From assembly GCF_009914755.1 (NCBI RefSeq), contig NC_060936.1: a DNA stretch of 64,000 nucleotides; one strand, given 5' to 3'. The notes beneath the pieces were generated by a model. It was given only the letters and a program-made list of their open reading frames with translations. It had not been told where the DNA came from and made no database searches. Numbering within the stretch: the first letter of the stretch is position 1; each line of letters starts with the position of its first letter. Both the position numbers and the translations under genes were made by a program. Shown here piece after piece: positions 15,701 through 29,769 of the stretch. The DNA is from the human T2T-CHM13v2.0 reference genome, Homo sapiens.

Positions 15701-17633
15701 TGTGCTCAAACGCTCAGCCTCAATCTGTTTCCACCATTCCTTTTGTATCTGAGGCCTTTTCCCATGGCTTATCAGTCTGTCCCCAAAGCAAGAGAATTGG
15801 GGGAAGAGTTGTTGGTCTGCTGGCATAAATGGCAGAGGAGGAAGAAATTATGGAGCCAGGCAAAGCAAAACAAAGAATCATCACAAAAGTATTTTACAAT
15901 GATCATCAATAGTGCTGTATTAGTATTTGTTGAGTTAAATTATTCCATTTGATAATCACTATAAAAAAGGAAGGTGTGGAGAAATTACTAGCCTTATCTT
16001 ACAGGTAATTAAAGCAAAGTTTAAAAGAGTTTAACTACCCTTCCAAGAACATACAGTTTATAAGTGGCATGTCAGAATATGTGAGATATTTTGAAAAAAT
16101 ATCTATGCAGGCATTTTCTAAAGGAGGTAGATTTCTGAAATAATTTAAGCAATGGAAGCATCATTTAAATAAACTTATAACTACCAAAAGGAACTAACCT
16201 AAACATCACACTGATTTAGTTGAAATTTACTAAAAATAAGTTGCTTCTTACAAGAAAAATAGAGTCAACCTTTGAATACCCTTTAAAATGGAACACTCAG
16301 TTATAAAATAACAATGGGAAGCATCTGCCTAAATATATTTGGCAAGTAAGTGCCTGAGATGGAAAAAACCAATTTTGTGAGTTGAAAATCAAATGTAACA
16401 TAGTTTGTATATAAAACTGACATCAACTTAGTCCAAAGAACTTCAGATATTGTCATCTTGAAAAGCCAAAAGAGATGAGGAATCAAAGGAAGAGAGAAAT
16501 CTGGGCAATTTTTGTTGGTTCATCCATGTTGGCTACAGTCAGGCAACCCAATGCCATTAAGCGCAAGGTAATTTGCCACCAAGGATCTTCTAGTTAAAAG
16601 CATCAGAAGACCCAATAACTTGATTAATAAAGCATGTGCTTTGCAAAGAGCACTTGAATAAAGACACAAAGGGCATGAAACAGATATCCCTATTCAATCC
16701 TAGAACGTGGTCAAGTGGCTCCAATTCTCTTCAACAGTGTTAAAAGACCCTCCGAAATTCTTCTCCTAGGGAAGTATTCCTCCAGCTTTGATTCCTTGAA
16801 GTAATAATTGGGAGGAATTATGAAGAGTAAAACTTGTGCTCAATATTAACATTCTATAAATGTAAATAAAATTTATAACAAGTGATTTTTGCCTCGCTTA
16901 GTAGTCTTATAGAAAGATGCACACTATGTGGGTAATCCCACTTATACACAGTTATGTACACTGTTTACTAACATTCCTCTAACATTTGTATAGGAATATA
17001 ACTAGATCCACTGCATTGGTTGCACATTGTACAACTCCAGTGAACACCGTTCATATAGACCACAATGTGAATGATGCCTCCAAGAAATACAGGTGGCCTG
17101 ACCGTAATCCCCGTTTCCTGTAAGACACATGGCATAGCAACTTAGAAATCCCCCTTTCCCCATAACATACCCTTTTTGAAGTGTGACAGTTATTTATATA
17201 AAAATTTCCCATCAGTTCACCTTCTGAAATGAGGTTTATAAGAGTACCAATATACGCAGGCAGACATTTGGATGTTCTTATTCTCACTGAAGGATTTTCC
17301 CCAACAACTACAGATCCATCTTTATGTTTGAGGTTTCATTACCAGATATTTAGTGACTGTTAATCCCATACTTTGTAACATGGAGATTGTTCCCTACTCA
17401 TTCCTCACTATTTTTTACTACTTTCTCTAAGGCTCATTGCCTACAAGAAAAAAAAAGCCTAGATTTCTTCAGAGAATAGGAAATATTTATACAAATTGCA
17501 TAAACTTAAGTTACTCTATTCCTCCAAAAATCTGAAATGCATTTTTATTTTCAAATATTTCATACCCTGAGTGTTATACATATAGTTCTTACTTCTCCAA
17601 ATGACCACTAAGTTATCCAAGGTATTTATGTGT

Positions 17634-18046
17634 TGTATTAGATAGCTATTACCACAATAATGCTGTATAAGAAACAACCTCAAAATCTCTACAATAACAT
17701 TTACTTTTCTCACTCATGGGTCTGTGGAACAGCTGGGGCAGTTCTGCTTCAGGCTGTGGGTCAGAGTCAGGTCTGCCCTATGTGCCTCCTCATTCTCGGA
17801 CTAGCAGCTTCCCTGGGCATGTCTTTTTCAGGGTAGATGGCAGGCACACAAGAGGGCAAACCAAACAAGCAAGTGCATTGAAAGCTTCTGAGTGGACTTG
17901 ATTTCTATCTAAGATCATTGGCCAAAGCAAGTTGATGATAGTGGGGTGGAGTACCTTCCACCTCTAAAGGGAGCTACTGCAATGTCATATAGCAAAGGGC
18001 TTGTGAGCAATAAACCAGTGTGAACAATAATCCAATTCATACCACG
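17634..18046 (-). mobile_element. MLT1H/I/J-type MaLR LTR
   Basis: TGTATTAGATAGCTATTACCACAATAATGCTG...AACAACCTCAAAATCTC pattern. Confidence 0.7.
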
Positions 18047-18082
18047 TATGGAACTCTCAAATCCATTCTCTGTCCTTTACAG

Positions 18083-18173
18083 GAGTTGAAATTGATTGGA
18101 CTGGATATCCCACACTTTGCTGCAGATCTTCCACTGAATCGATGTAAAAACCGTTACACAAACATCCTACCAT
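18083..18173 (+). CDS. PTPRO: PTPRO exon, PTP domain pTyr-recognition loop ([30 protein letters not shown])
   Basis: CAG acceptor, GTAAGA donor, 91 nt; KNRY motif. Confidence 0.97.
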
Positions 18174-19268
18174 GTAAGATCGTCAATTGTGCCAATAACA
18201 CTCATGTCTTAAGGGTTGAAGGACTGTCATTGCAGATTAATCAATTTCACCAATCTCTGGCCATACCCACTTGTGGTCCGGATCTCAAGGCCACGTCTGA
18301 GATTGCATTGATCTCACTCTCCTTTGATGTCTTTAGATCTTAGCATATGGAGGAAGATTTAATTATTGTGCTTTTAAATGAATTGCATCTGAACAAAAAG
18401 ACTGATCATTTGGCCCTTTAGAGATTAAAGAGCCACAGTCAAATTGGGGATTGGATCATTTGTACTCTCATAAAATATTTTCAGCCAATTCATTGGTAAT
18501 GGAAAGAGGCAAATGGGAAGGCGATGCAGTATATTAAAATGCCTTCTCTAACTTCTGACAAGTTATATAGTTGCTTAGCATTTTGTAATAAAAAGCAGCA
18601 TTCAAGGAAAAAAAGGTAATATAAAGCACTTACAAAACAATTAAAATACATTCCAGTTTAGATTTCACTTTTCTCTCTGCTACACGCTGTGGAGCTAGGC
18701 ATGAATGGAAAAGTGAGAAGAGAAAGGCTGAAAAAGCTCTAGAAAGAGAAGTCTCTTCTTGATATGGTTTCTTGATGAAATTAGATATATTATCATAATA
18801 ACACTTCACATCTGTACACAGTTCAGAAATTACTTCTTTAATTTAATGTCCACCTACAAAAGAAACCCATGCATCTTCTGTTCTCTAGGTCTCCTTAAAG
18901 TAGTGAACTCTCTGGATATCTCTAGGTGAAATGAAAATCGTGTGCTTAGGCTATATACTATAGCTGTCCAATCAATCTCACAGATATTGTAGTTCCTGAA
19001 ATACTCTGAACAACACCTAAACAATCCTGGAAACAATTCTTTCAAGGACAGGAGAGCTGGTAGTGAAAAAAAAATAGTGGTTGGAAGATATTCACTTATT
19101 TATTTAAACAACAAACCAAAGTTGAAGAATAGCTAAAATATCAGGCTAAAAATTATTATCTGCCTACTCTGTCACTGACTGATTTAACTTAATATTGGAT
19201 AGAAAGGGCCAAAATAATTTTTCCTTCCATCTTGAATTTTAATATTTTTTTCTCCTTATTCTCTACAG

Positions 19269-19345
19269 ATGACTTCAGCCGTGTGAGATTAGTCTCCATG
19301 AATGAAGAGGAAGGTGCAGACTACATCAATGCCAACTATATTCCT
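19269..19345 (+). CDS. PTPRO: PTPRO exon ([26 protein letters not shown])
   Basis: CAG/GTAAGT, 77 nt; DxxRVxL and DYINA motifs. Confidence 0.97.
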
Positions 19346-19899
19346 GTAAGTAGAAAAAAAAAATCAGGCATCCCAAAGCTAACCAGCCAGAGAAAGACTA
19401 GCAGGGCTATATGGATGTGTCAAACAGTTCAAAAGAGAGCCTTTCCCAACCCAGCAATTGAATTCTAAAAAGTTTGCATTACTCCGTTTCATAATAAAGA
19501 ATAGAAAGAAAAAGTCCATAGATTACTAATGTTTCTATTTCTTTATAAAGGTCCAGTGAAAGGGAAAGTAGAAAGGTTAAAGATCACCTCTCTTATGTTT
19601 AAATTTCACATTCAGCAACCAAATTCAAAGGGTTCCACCCTAGCACCTGCACTTTTAAAATATAAAGACAGTTATTATTGTCATAAAAAGGTGTGGATGT
19701 GATTTTTACAGCCTTCTGGATAACAATGCTTACAATCACACAGACTAATTATGGTCAGTTATTCTGATAGCCTCTTTGATTAAAACAGGAGAAAACATTA
19801 CATAGGTGTGTGATCCTTTGCCAATTTTATCACCAGTAAGTTTTCAGTTTTTTTCCCATAGGCGTGAAGCAGCATTTGGTGTTGACAGTGTCTGGTTAG

Positions 19900-20073
<174 letters not shown>

Positions 20074-20135
20074 TGAAACTGCTCCCACTTAGCAGCAAAA
20101 CCTGCCCTAGCCACTGCCGTTGATGAAATGCTTGC

Positions 20136-20757
20136 TGTTTTCAAAGTCAAATAAAACATAGAGACAAATCGCTAAATTTAAAACATTGTATTCGGGAAGC
20201 AAGAATTAGAATTTGGGGGTAAACACACAGACCCGGTGGTCTTTGCAATGTCTAAAGGAAAAAAGAGAAGGTTGGAAGTCTTCTAAAAAGGAGAAATATT
20301 GCATATTGTTTTGCAGGAAAGTTCATTAGCACTAGTAAAGTTTTGGGGAGCTGGCAAGCTCTGATTGGTGAATGCATGGTGGTGGGTAAAACTAGTCTCA
20401 GAGTCCCAACAGGCTGTTTCAGTTGCTGTTAGATACCACTGGTTTCAAGTTACTAAAGGCAGTTTCAGCAACCGGGGCTTACAGAGAATTACATTCCTGG
20501 AACAATGTTATGCGTTCTGAGTGCTTTCTTTTTTTTTTTTTTTTTTTTTGAGACGGAGTCTCGTTCTGTTGCCCAGGCTGGGGTGCAGTGGCACGATCTC
20601 AGCTCACTGCAAACCTCTGCCTCCCAGGTTCAAGCGATTCTCCTGCCTCAGCCTCCCGAGTAGCTGGGGCATTCTGAGTGCTTTGTCCCCTGACCCCTCA
20701 ACTCTGTTTTAGTTAGATATGATAAGAATGACCCAAGTCATGTGATAAGAATTCACA
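20136..20757 (-). mobile_element. ERV1-class solo LTR (MER87-like, tentative) containing a truncated Alu
   Basis: TG...CA ends; minus strand reads TGGGTCATTCTTATCATATCTAACTAAAACAGAG. Confidence 0.6.
20528..20671 (-). mobile_element. 5'-truncated Alu (right arm)
   Basis: Poly-T + Alu right arm; TSD TTCTGAGTGCTTT. Confidence 0.9.
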
Positions 20758-20909
20758 CTACGTAGCAGAAATGGTTTGCTTTATGTTTCATCTTCACCAC
20801 GGTCCTATCTAATTCTTTAGAGGCGAATACCTTTGTTTTCCCTAAGTGAGCACACTTAATTCCTTTCCTAGCCTGTTTGTTTTAAAAAATTGTTTTGTCC
20901 TTGCTCCAG

Positions 20910-21032
20910 GTGAAATGTGACCATTACTGGCCATTCACGGAAGAACCTATAGCCTATGGAGACATCACTGTGGAGATGATTTCAGAGGAAGAGCAGGACG
21001 ACTGGGCCTGTAGACACTTCCGGATCAACTAT
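20910..21032 (+). CDS. PTPRO: PTPRO exon ([41 protein letters not shown])
   Basis: CAG/GTAAGT, 123 nt; KCxxYWP motif. Confidence 0.97.
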
Positions 21033-21077
21033 GTAAGTCACCAGGCAGAGAGCAGGTGCTGTCCCTATGCTGACACC

Positions 21078-21567
21078 TGCTGAGACCAGTTTGGTCGGGG
21101 AGACCCTAACCCAGCGGCGCTAGAGGAATTACAGACACACACACAAAAATATCGAGTGTGGAGTGGGAAATCAGGGGTCTCACAGCTTTAAGAGCTGAGA
21201 GCCTCGAACAGAGATTTACCCACATATTTATTGACAGCAAGCCAGTGATAAGCATTGTTTCTATAGATTATAGATTAACTAAAAGTATTCCTTATGGGAA
21301 ATAAAGGGATGGGTCTGGCTAGTTATCTGCAGCATGAACGTGTCCTTAAGGCATAGGTTGCTCATGCTATTGTTTGTGGTTTAAGAATGCCTTAAGCGGT
21401 TTTCCGCCCTGGGAGGGCCAGGTGTTCCTTGCCCTCATTCCGGTAAACCGACAACCTTCAGCATGGGCATCAAGGCCATCACGAGCATGTCACAGGGCTG
21501 CAGAGATTTTGTTTATGGCCAGTTTTGGGGCCAGTTTATGGCCAGATTTGGGGGCCTGTTCCCAACA
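21078..21567 (-). mobile_element. MER9 solo LTR (HERV-K HML-3)
   Basis: Minus strand starts TGTTGGGAACAGGCCCCCAAATCTGGCCATAAACTGGCCCC; 6-bp TSD GACACC at 21072-77 and 21568-73. Confidence 0.9.
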
Positions 21568-22325
21568 GACACCTACACCACCACCACCAGGGAAGTGCTG
21601 GGAGACCAACCCAATGAGCACTTTGAGCTTTGCATTGCTGCTTCCTTCAAGAGGAAAAATCCATTCTCAGTGTCATTGTTTCCCATTTCATCAGTGATGG
21701 TGTGGATGATATGGTTGGTCTGGAGAGGCTGAGAAGACGCAGTAAAAAGTCTGCACTAGTTCATCTCGAATTAGCTCAAGATCATAGAAGACACTATTAA
21801 TCATTGTTTATGAGGCATCATTGAGGACAGAAGTGTTCTCATTACTTATATTAATCATATATGAGTATAATTGGGGTATATAAGGCACACTTATGTTTTA
21901 AATTAAATAATTAAACCCTGATTTAGTAGTTTGGGTTTTGTTTTGTTTTTTTTCTTGTTTTGTTCTGGTTTGGTTTTCGTTATTTGTAAGGTACTTCTAG
22001 GTCTTATTATCATAATTCCCTATCTCTCTTGAAGGGCTATTGATTTCTGATGGATAACACATCCAAAAAAAATGTCTGTTTTTCTCACAAGGCCTGACAC
22101 CTTTCTGCTGACAAGTCTCTGAGCAAACGCTGAATATTTCTGTGACAGGCTTAGGTGTTAACATCAATTGAAGTCATGCCATTGACCTCAGCCTATAGAA
22201 TATACAGTTTTTACTATTAATAGTCTTCTCCACTTGAACATGCTGTCTATGAAGACAAAATTGAATAGGAAAGTTCTCACTGAGATGTTCTTCCCTGCTT
22301 AGAAACAATCCTTTCTAATAGTTAA

Positions 22326-22968
22326 GGAAATAGCAAACTGTAGCCTGTGGACCAAATTTACCCACTGCCTTTTGGATAAAGCCCATGAGCTAAGAATGGT
22401 TTTTACATTTTTTAATGGTTGAAAAAAGACAACTGAGTATGGTGGTTCATGCCTGTAATCCCAGCACTTTGAGAGGCTGAGGCGAGCAGATCACTTAAGC
22501 CCAGGATTTCAAGATTGCCTGAGCAACACAGGGAGATCCCATCTGACTAAAAATTCAAAAATTAGCTGGTGTAGTGGTACACACCTGTAGTCCCAGCTAC
22601 TCAAGAGGCTGAGGTGGGGGAATCACTTGAGCCCAGTAGGTGGAGGTTGCAGTGAGCCAAGATTGTGCCACTACACTTCAGCCTGGGCAACAAGAGCAAG
22701 ACTCTATCTCCACACACACACACACAAAAAAAAAAAATCAACAAGAAAAATAGTATTTTATGTGAAATGCTATATGTAAATTATGTGAAATTCAAATTTC
22801 AATGTCCATATATAACATTTTATTAGAACACAGCCTGCATTGTTGACGAATTGTCTATGACTGCTTTTGTGCTACATCAAGCTTGAGTAGCTGCAACCAA
22901 AACTATATGATCTGCAAAAACTAAAATATTTACTAACTGTCTCTTTGCAGAAAATGTTTGCTGACCCT
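22326..22968 (+). mobile_element. MER58-like hAT DNA element interrupted by an AluJ
   Basis: GCAAACTGTAGCCTGTGGACCAAAT start; GAAAATGTTTGCTGACCCT end. Confidence 0.7.
22430..22740 (+). mobile_element. AluJ with (CA)n/A tail
   Basis: Diverged Alu consensus. Confidence 0.9.
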
Positions 22969-23860
22969 TAAAATAGGCAATGGAAACAAAGATTGCCCGT
23001 ATCAATACAACGTTAGAACTTGATACTACCTACTGATTGATCTCTACAGGAGATAAATCACTTCTTAGCCATTGTTAATTGCCACTTGTTAACTGGCAGT
23101 TAACAATGTCTTTTATGACCAGGAGAATTCAGGCAAATCCCCGTATGACTCTAACAGGCTGTGTTTCGTGTTGTTTCGGTCATTTAAAATTCACATTGCT
23201 TCCTTGTTAAGCACGTTTTTACTCAAATGCAGAGTTTCAGCTTAAGTGTCACCCCCTTTGTGGCGTCTTCTCTGGGCTTGGACACCGTTAGCCCATTCCT
23301 TCTCTGGGGCAGAGTCTTAAGTAAGCTGCTTTATCACAGCACACCATAGATAGTTACAATTCTCGCTTCTTGTGTCTGCCTCCCCAGTATACTGTGAGTT
23401 TCAGAAGCAAGTGCTGTATCCCTGTGGAATGAATAAATCAGTGAATGAATGAGTTATTTCAAAAATAATAAGGCACTTGTAAAGCATCAATAGACTTTCC
23501 GTCAGAGAAAATATTTGTCAATCCAAATGCCATTTGAACTCTGTTTTTTGTTCTTAGATATTTCAATTGAAAAGCCAGTGCAAACTGATAACCAAATACA
23601 GTACAAATCTGTCCCTAGGTTTGCACGTAGTAGAAAAAATTTCAGAGCACAAAATAGGGTCTGTTCCATTGCCTATTCTGTTGACAAAGAAGAGTCACAT
23701 AGATTATTGCTTGGTCAGTACTATGCTTCTTGTCCTTGGTCTTAAGTGATGACCTATCTTTCAATGACAATCATGTGAAGGACTTGAAAAATAGGAATAA
23801 AACATTGAACAGTAGTGTTTGTTTGTAAGGAATTTACTTGTTACAAGCGTCTGGTACCAG

Positions 23861-23878
23861 AGTGCCCCCTTTTGGCCA
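23861..23878 (-). promoter_or_regulatory. Candidate CTCF motif TGGCCAAAAGGGGGCACT
   Basis: Close match to TGGCCACCAGGGGGCGCT; motif only. Confidence 0.5.
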
Positions 23879-25384
23879 TAAGCATAATGAATCTAAATGT
23901 TAAGCTACAATGAAGGCTAAGTTGCCCAAAGAACATTGTGCTATGCTAATTAATATATTTTTCAATTTGTTTCATTTTTTGTTTATACCCTTCTTTATCC
24001 ATTCCATATTGATATGTGGAAACTTTCCAATTATAAAAAGATAAAATTACATAAATAAGGAACTCAAGGTAAGAGAAATTTAGGAATAGCTAAGTAAGAT
24101 AAAACCAGAAGAGTTTTCTCCTTTAACAAGAAAGGAGAGAAATGACCATAACACACAACTTGTCACTTTCTACTACTTGAAATTTGGCATCAACTGAGTG
24201 AGAGCTGGAGACTAAAGATCATCAAAAACGTGTTTGTTGCCAGGGACTTTGTGCCCTGCTATTCAGCTCACAGGGCTGACCCCAGTTCCAGGACCCCTGC
24301 CGTGTAGCTGCGGAGAAACTAACTACAATTTAATGATTTCCTGATTTTAAATCACCTTGCACTTTTTAACTGAATACATTTTCACTTCAACCGTACTGGA
24401 ATATATATATTGGCTACAATGTACACATGTTATACAAATTATGATCAGCATTTAAACAGGGCAAGCATTTTCCTGAACTTTCCTGGCAACCAAAGTTATC
24501 TGGTGGCTGAGTATTCTTAAATCCTCATGATGTTGAATAAGTAAATTATTCTGCACAATTCTTTATGCCCAAGATAGTTTCTCAACATACTTCCTGAAGA
24601 GAGCAGTGAGGGTAGCCAGCGTCTTTGTAGACTTCATGTTCTGTGTGTCTAAGCCAGAGCCCTTGAACATAGTAGGGGAGGCACTGCATGCTGCTGGGGA
24701 TATATTAGGTGCCAAGGGTACAATGGGTGTAGGGGAGGTGATAACTTATGTATATTTAAACAAATCTTACATATTTATTTATACATTTTATTTATGAATT
24801 GTCTTTATACGTTTATTTTCTGCCCAAGACCACTGACTCTTTGAAATTCATTTCTCTTTCAATACCTGAACTTAAATTTTAGCTCAAAACTGACAGCGAG
24901 GCCAAGCTTCCCTCCTTCCCAGTTATGATATAGTATTCCAGCCTCTGAGTGAATTCTAGGCTCTTCACAAGTTTGAGGACTGAGGGATGAATCAGACCTT
25001 TATGAAGCCTGGGTTTGGGATATTTCTGATGGTTGATAACAAGTGGAGAATATGTAACTCTTACAAGTTAGTTGGGACTAAAAAGAGTTGATCTGGAAAG
25101 ATATACATTCTAGTTAATATGTACTCAGTTCAGAGAGAACAACAATATATTTGATGTATGGGTTAATAGGAATAGGAAAATATACAAGTTATACTCACTT
25201 ACTGGGGACTCCCAGAATCAACCATACAATTGCACGGAGCTGGATGACGGTGAGTGATGGTAATGAGGTACTAGTAAGTAGTAATATCACACACATGATT
25301 ACACTTAATTCACACAACAACTCTTGTTATAAGTATCATTAGGCCATTTTTAGATATGAGAAAACTGAAGCTCAGTGAGTCAAG

Positions 25385-25810
25385 TCCTCTAGTATCAAAG
25401 CCCAAGACAAGGATTCTCATATAAGTGATTTTGTGAAAGTGCATTCTTAGGGAAAGCCCATAAGGGAGCAAGGGAAGCAGATTGACAGAGAAGAAGCCCT
25501 ACAGAGCATTCAGCTGAAAATCTCACCTGTGCTGGATCCCACAGAGAGTGCTGGGGGCATGAACAGCACCATGGTACTGTCTCACTCTGAAAAAGGCTGG
25601 ATTTTTGTACCCCACAATTAGTCAGTCATTAGCTGTGGGCTGCCCTCAGCAGGAGAACGCAACCTCTTAGGCATTTTCTATCGAGGCAGCTCTGTGCAGT
25701 GGAAGGCAACTATCAAGAGATAGGTACTGCTGTGCTGTTAGCAGCAACTGGGAAAAGTGTGTCCCAGGCTGGCAAAGTGTATCTAAAGGGCACCAACAGC
25801 ACTTTCTACA
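25385..25810 (-). mobile_element. Old ERVL LTR (LTR16-like) inserted in a MIR
   Basis: Ends AAGGGCACCAACAGCACTTTCTACA; MIR sequence continues on both sides. Confidence 0.5.
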
Positions 25811-26127
25811 GTGTTTAATTCATTAGCCAAAACTGATGCAGCTTCTAAATGACAGAGCCAGGATGCAAACCCTAATCTGCTTAAGTGTTGTCCACAGGTA
25901 CAGATTAGCCTACTTATCCTACTATTTGAAGCTTTATACAATTAGCGTGGTTTTTTTTTTCAATACCTATTTTATGCCAGATATGGTGCTCAAAGCTGGA
26001 AAGGAAAGTGTACTGACCAGGAGTGGAACGTGGCTCTACCTTTTTGCATGCTTAACTAGCAGAGTCCTGGGTCATCCTAACAGTGAACTGAAAAATTAAT
26101 GCTTGTTTTTGGCTTTTTTCTCTAAAG

Positions 26128-26282
26128 GCTGACGAGATGCAGGATGTGATGCATTTTAACTACACTGCATGGCCTGATCATGGTGTGCCCACAGCAAATG
26201 CTGCAGAAAGTATCCTGCAGTTTGTACACATGGTCCGACAGCAAGCTACCAAGAGCAAAGGTCCCATGATCATTCACTGCAG
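26128..26282 (+). CDS. PTPRO: PTPRO exon with WPD loop and catalytic Cys ([21 protein letters not shown]...GPMIIHC)
   Basis: AAG/GTAACC, 155 nt; WPDHGVP and IHC. Confidence 0.97.
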
Positions 26283-28324
26283 GTAACCTCATCAACTGCA
26301 TTTTCTATTAAATATTAGGAGTTGGTTTTGTAAGGGGAACAGCTCACCATTCCATAAGCCCTTATCAGGTTTAGTTGAAAATTAAATAAACTCTGATGTT
26401 TTTTAAACTATGATTAATTGATGTCTCACTATATACAATGTTTATTCTGGCTTTCCTGTATCTATACCCTATAAAATAGATGTTATTATTCCAATTTTTA
26501 AATGAAAAAAATAGAGAAGGGTAGAGATGTTAAGGGATTCACACAAGTTCATGCAACTAGAACATGGAGGAGTTAGTATTCAAATCCAGGCATGCCAATC
26601 TGCAAAGATCATGCCCTTAATATGTGATATTATCCTACTCCATCAAGGATTCTGGGTAGTTACAACATGGACAAATACAAGGTCAAATTATAGAAAGCTG
26701 ATCACAGCTTGACATAATATAAATAGGCATAAAAACTAGAAAAGGAAAAGAAAAATGAAAATATTCAGCTTAGGAAGATAAACATATTTGCTATGATTCC
26801 TCTTCGGGATTGTCTCTTAAATTGTCAGACAGTAGAATGAAAAAGGATATAGGATATAAAAAAATCAAGGTCCACACTAATTCCCAACAGGAAAAGTTAT
26901 CATTAAATTTAATTTGTTCTTCCTACTGTATGAACAGAGCTCCATCAAAATCTATCTCTGTGATACAATATTGCTGTAAAATCCTTATGCAACCTCAAAA
27001 GAACAGGGGACATAAACGTGCTCCAATGGCAAGTGAGAGGTGGCAGTGGGATGAAGATGTGAAGGGAAGCATTGGCAGCCATGCCAACCTAAGCAAATAA
27101 ATCTACAATCCCAGACCTACTGCCTTGGCCCTTGTGAATTAGAATGACTAGAATGAAGAAGTATATGTGTGCATTCATGTGTGTTTGTGTGGAGTGTGTG
27201 TCTCCCTGGAAAGGAAAATGCTTCATAAGCTACTAAGTTTCTGTTTAGGGCAGATATTGTTGCTGTCAATCCACTGTAGGCATTCACAGGTTAAAAGATG
27301 TGCTTTAGCAGGTAAGATTATCTGTTCTCAAAATGGTTCTTTTCAAGAACAGAAAATGAAGCTCTTCAACTCTGGGGTCAAACTCACAGATTCCTTTCAT
27401 GGAAGATAGTAAGTGCAGTTCTGGATATGACTTTACAGGTGCTCACCCAATGGCAGATCATTTTATCTGAGAAATCCTGGGAGGGAAGAGTTGTCTAGTA
27501 GAAAAAGCAACCCTTAAACTCAAGGTTTATAGAGTGGGATTTTTCTAGCAAACTTTCCATATAAATTTGCTTGAACTTTCTCTTTTCCCATCATTTCACA
27601 GTGATTCAAAGCTAAGAGCCATTTGACTCTTTATTGAGGATTAGAGGGAAAAAAGGGCTGACTTCAACACATAGAACTAGGGACTGTGATGGGCAGTTGG
27701 TCAGCGCATGTCAGTCCACTTCCATCTGTGCCCCGAGCATTGGGATTGGGGGACTGGCTGAGACTGGGTCCAAATTTTTCATTTGATTTTAAGGCAACTA
27801 TCTCAAAGGTCCCTGTGAGATGGAAGCAGGCCCAGGACCCACTAAAATGGCAGGCATGCTGTAAGGCAGGTCTGGGGTGGTGAACTGAACTTAGGGTTGA
27901 AGATACACAAATCTCTGTGGTCCCAGACCTAGAGTTAGGGTATGGACATCTCAACTGGAGTTTTGAGCTGATCTGAGGGCTTAACTCTGATGCTGTTCAA
28001 AAGACAGGGTATTGTTTATGTGTATCAGCTCTCTGAATTCAGAAATCAGTTCCCGAGAGTACTCAACATGGAATCCCTACTTTTCTGCAGAAGCAGAGAC
28101 CCCGATAAAGGGTGTGGCCAATGCAGTGCAAATGTCTCTCAGGAACGTAGCCATGATAGTCAGAAATGTGACATTAGAAGGAACACCAACCACAACTCCA
28201 TACTTAAAAATCAGTTAAGTGGAAAATATTGTCAGGAGCTTAGTCTGCGTTTTTCCACAAGGGTACTATTTGTAGTTTTTTAGAAATCATCAGTTTTATT
28301 TCAACAGTAAAGTAGCACCATCTG

Positions 28325-28640
28325 GGCTGGCCGAGGTGGCTCATGCCTCTAATCCCAGCACTTCAGGAGGCCGAGGTGGGAAGATCACCTGAGGTCAGAA
28401 GTTCAAGACCAGCCTGGCCAACATGGCAAAACTCCATCTCTACTAAAAATACAAAAATTAGCCAGGAATGGTGGCACATACCTGTAATCCCAGCTACTCA
28501 GGAGGGTGAGGCAGGAGAATCACTTGAAGCCGAGAGGCAGAGGTTGCAGTGAGCCGAGATCATGCCATTGCACTCCAGCCTGGGCAACAGAGCAAGACTC
28601 CATCTCAAAGAAAAAAAAAAAAGAGGGGGGAGAAAAAAAA
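28325..28640 (+). mobile_element. AluS just upstream of the P-loop exon
   Basis: Alu consensus; TSD AAAG(T/A)AGCACCATCTG at 28309-24 and 28638-53. Confidence 0.95.
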
Positions 28641-28658
28641 GAAGCACCATCTGAATAA

Positions 28659-28829
<171 letters not shown>

Positions 28830-29750
28830 TAATCTATATGTATTTTTAAATTTTCCCTGGACTGAAAAACTTACCATTATTCAATGATATGCTTCAAAAC
28901 AATTCTCTCAAACTTCTTTGTATCTTTCTTTCCCATTTTCTTATTGTATATGTTCAAACTGCTTTGAGGCATAAAAGAAATAGACACTAGCCTCCAGAAA
29001 TCCATTCGACATATAGTGATTATACTTTTATTGGCATCATAATTCAGAGTGCATGGGTAGATTCGTAAGAGTAAAACCTCTTTGAACAGACTCAGAGTCA
29101 ATTGCAGATAACAGCCATCCTGGGTAAATGCCACCAAATAGAGACTGTTGAACTGGTGAAATTTGATTTATATTTGAAATGTTGGATTTGATTCAATACA
29201 TTTGTCATTAGTTTATCCTCCGTGTGACTCTATCCCAATTCACTTTTGATGATGATTAGAAGTTGGATTTGAGCTTTCTGTCCCTTTTATGATTTTAAAG
29301 ATTCCCAGTCCCCAACCTACCAGCATTGCCAGTTCCCTTCATCTCAATGATGAAGATTTATTATTTTAACAACATGGAAGCATCCCCTGAAATATCCAAC
29401 AGTGTTACGTGCTCCGTCTTCCTCCTCTTCTCCCGAGTCCTCCCTCCCTGAAAGCCTGAGGATGCACTTAGTCTGGAGCGACAACCCAAGGCAACGCCGG
29501 CAGACAGCACCGCCTGCCTCAGAGCAGCCGTGGGTGTGTACCCTTGTGGGCGCAAAAACCCAAGTACAACAGCTTGTTCATAAGCCTCATCACCCAGCCA
29601 TACTCGCGACTTCTTAGCTTCGGTCTTACAATAATCCTTTTTCTCAAAGAGTATGTGTGGGTGGAGCGCTTGGGTAGAACACAACCTGGCCCGACCTGTA
29701 ATCAGGGTATTTTTAAAATGCTTTGGTCTTCCTCATGCTTTTCCTACCCA

Positions 29751-29769
29751 GCACCACTAGATGTCAGTA
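29751..29769 (+). promoter_or_regulatory. Candidate CTCF motif GCACCACTAGATGTCAGTA
   Basis: Matches CCACYAGRKG(G/T)CAG; lies at the edge of a CpG-retaining segment. Confidence 0.55.

Noticed and set aside
23247-23265. CTCF-like CGCCACAAAGGGGGTGAC on the minus strand
   Set aside because: One extra base in the core and T at the conserved C position
29490-29515. REST/RE1-like GACAGCACC
   Set aside because: Only a half-site; the other half and the spacing do not fit
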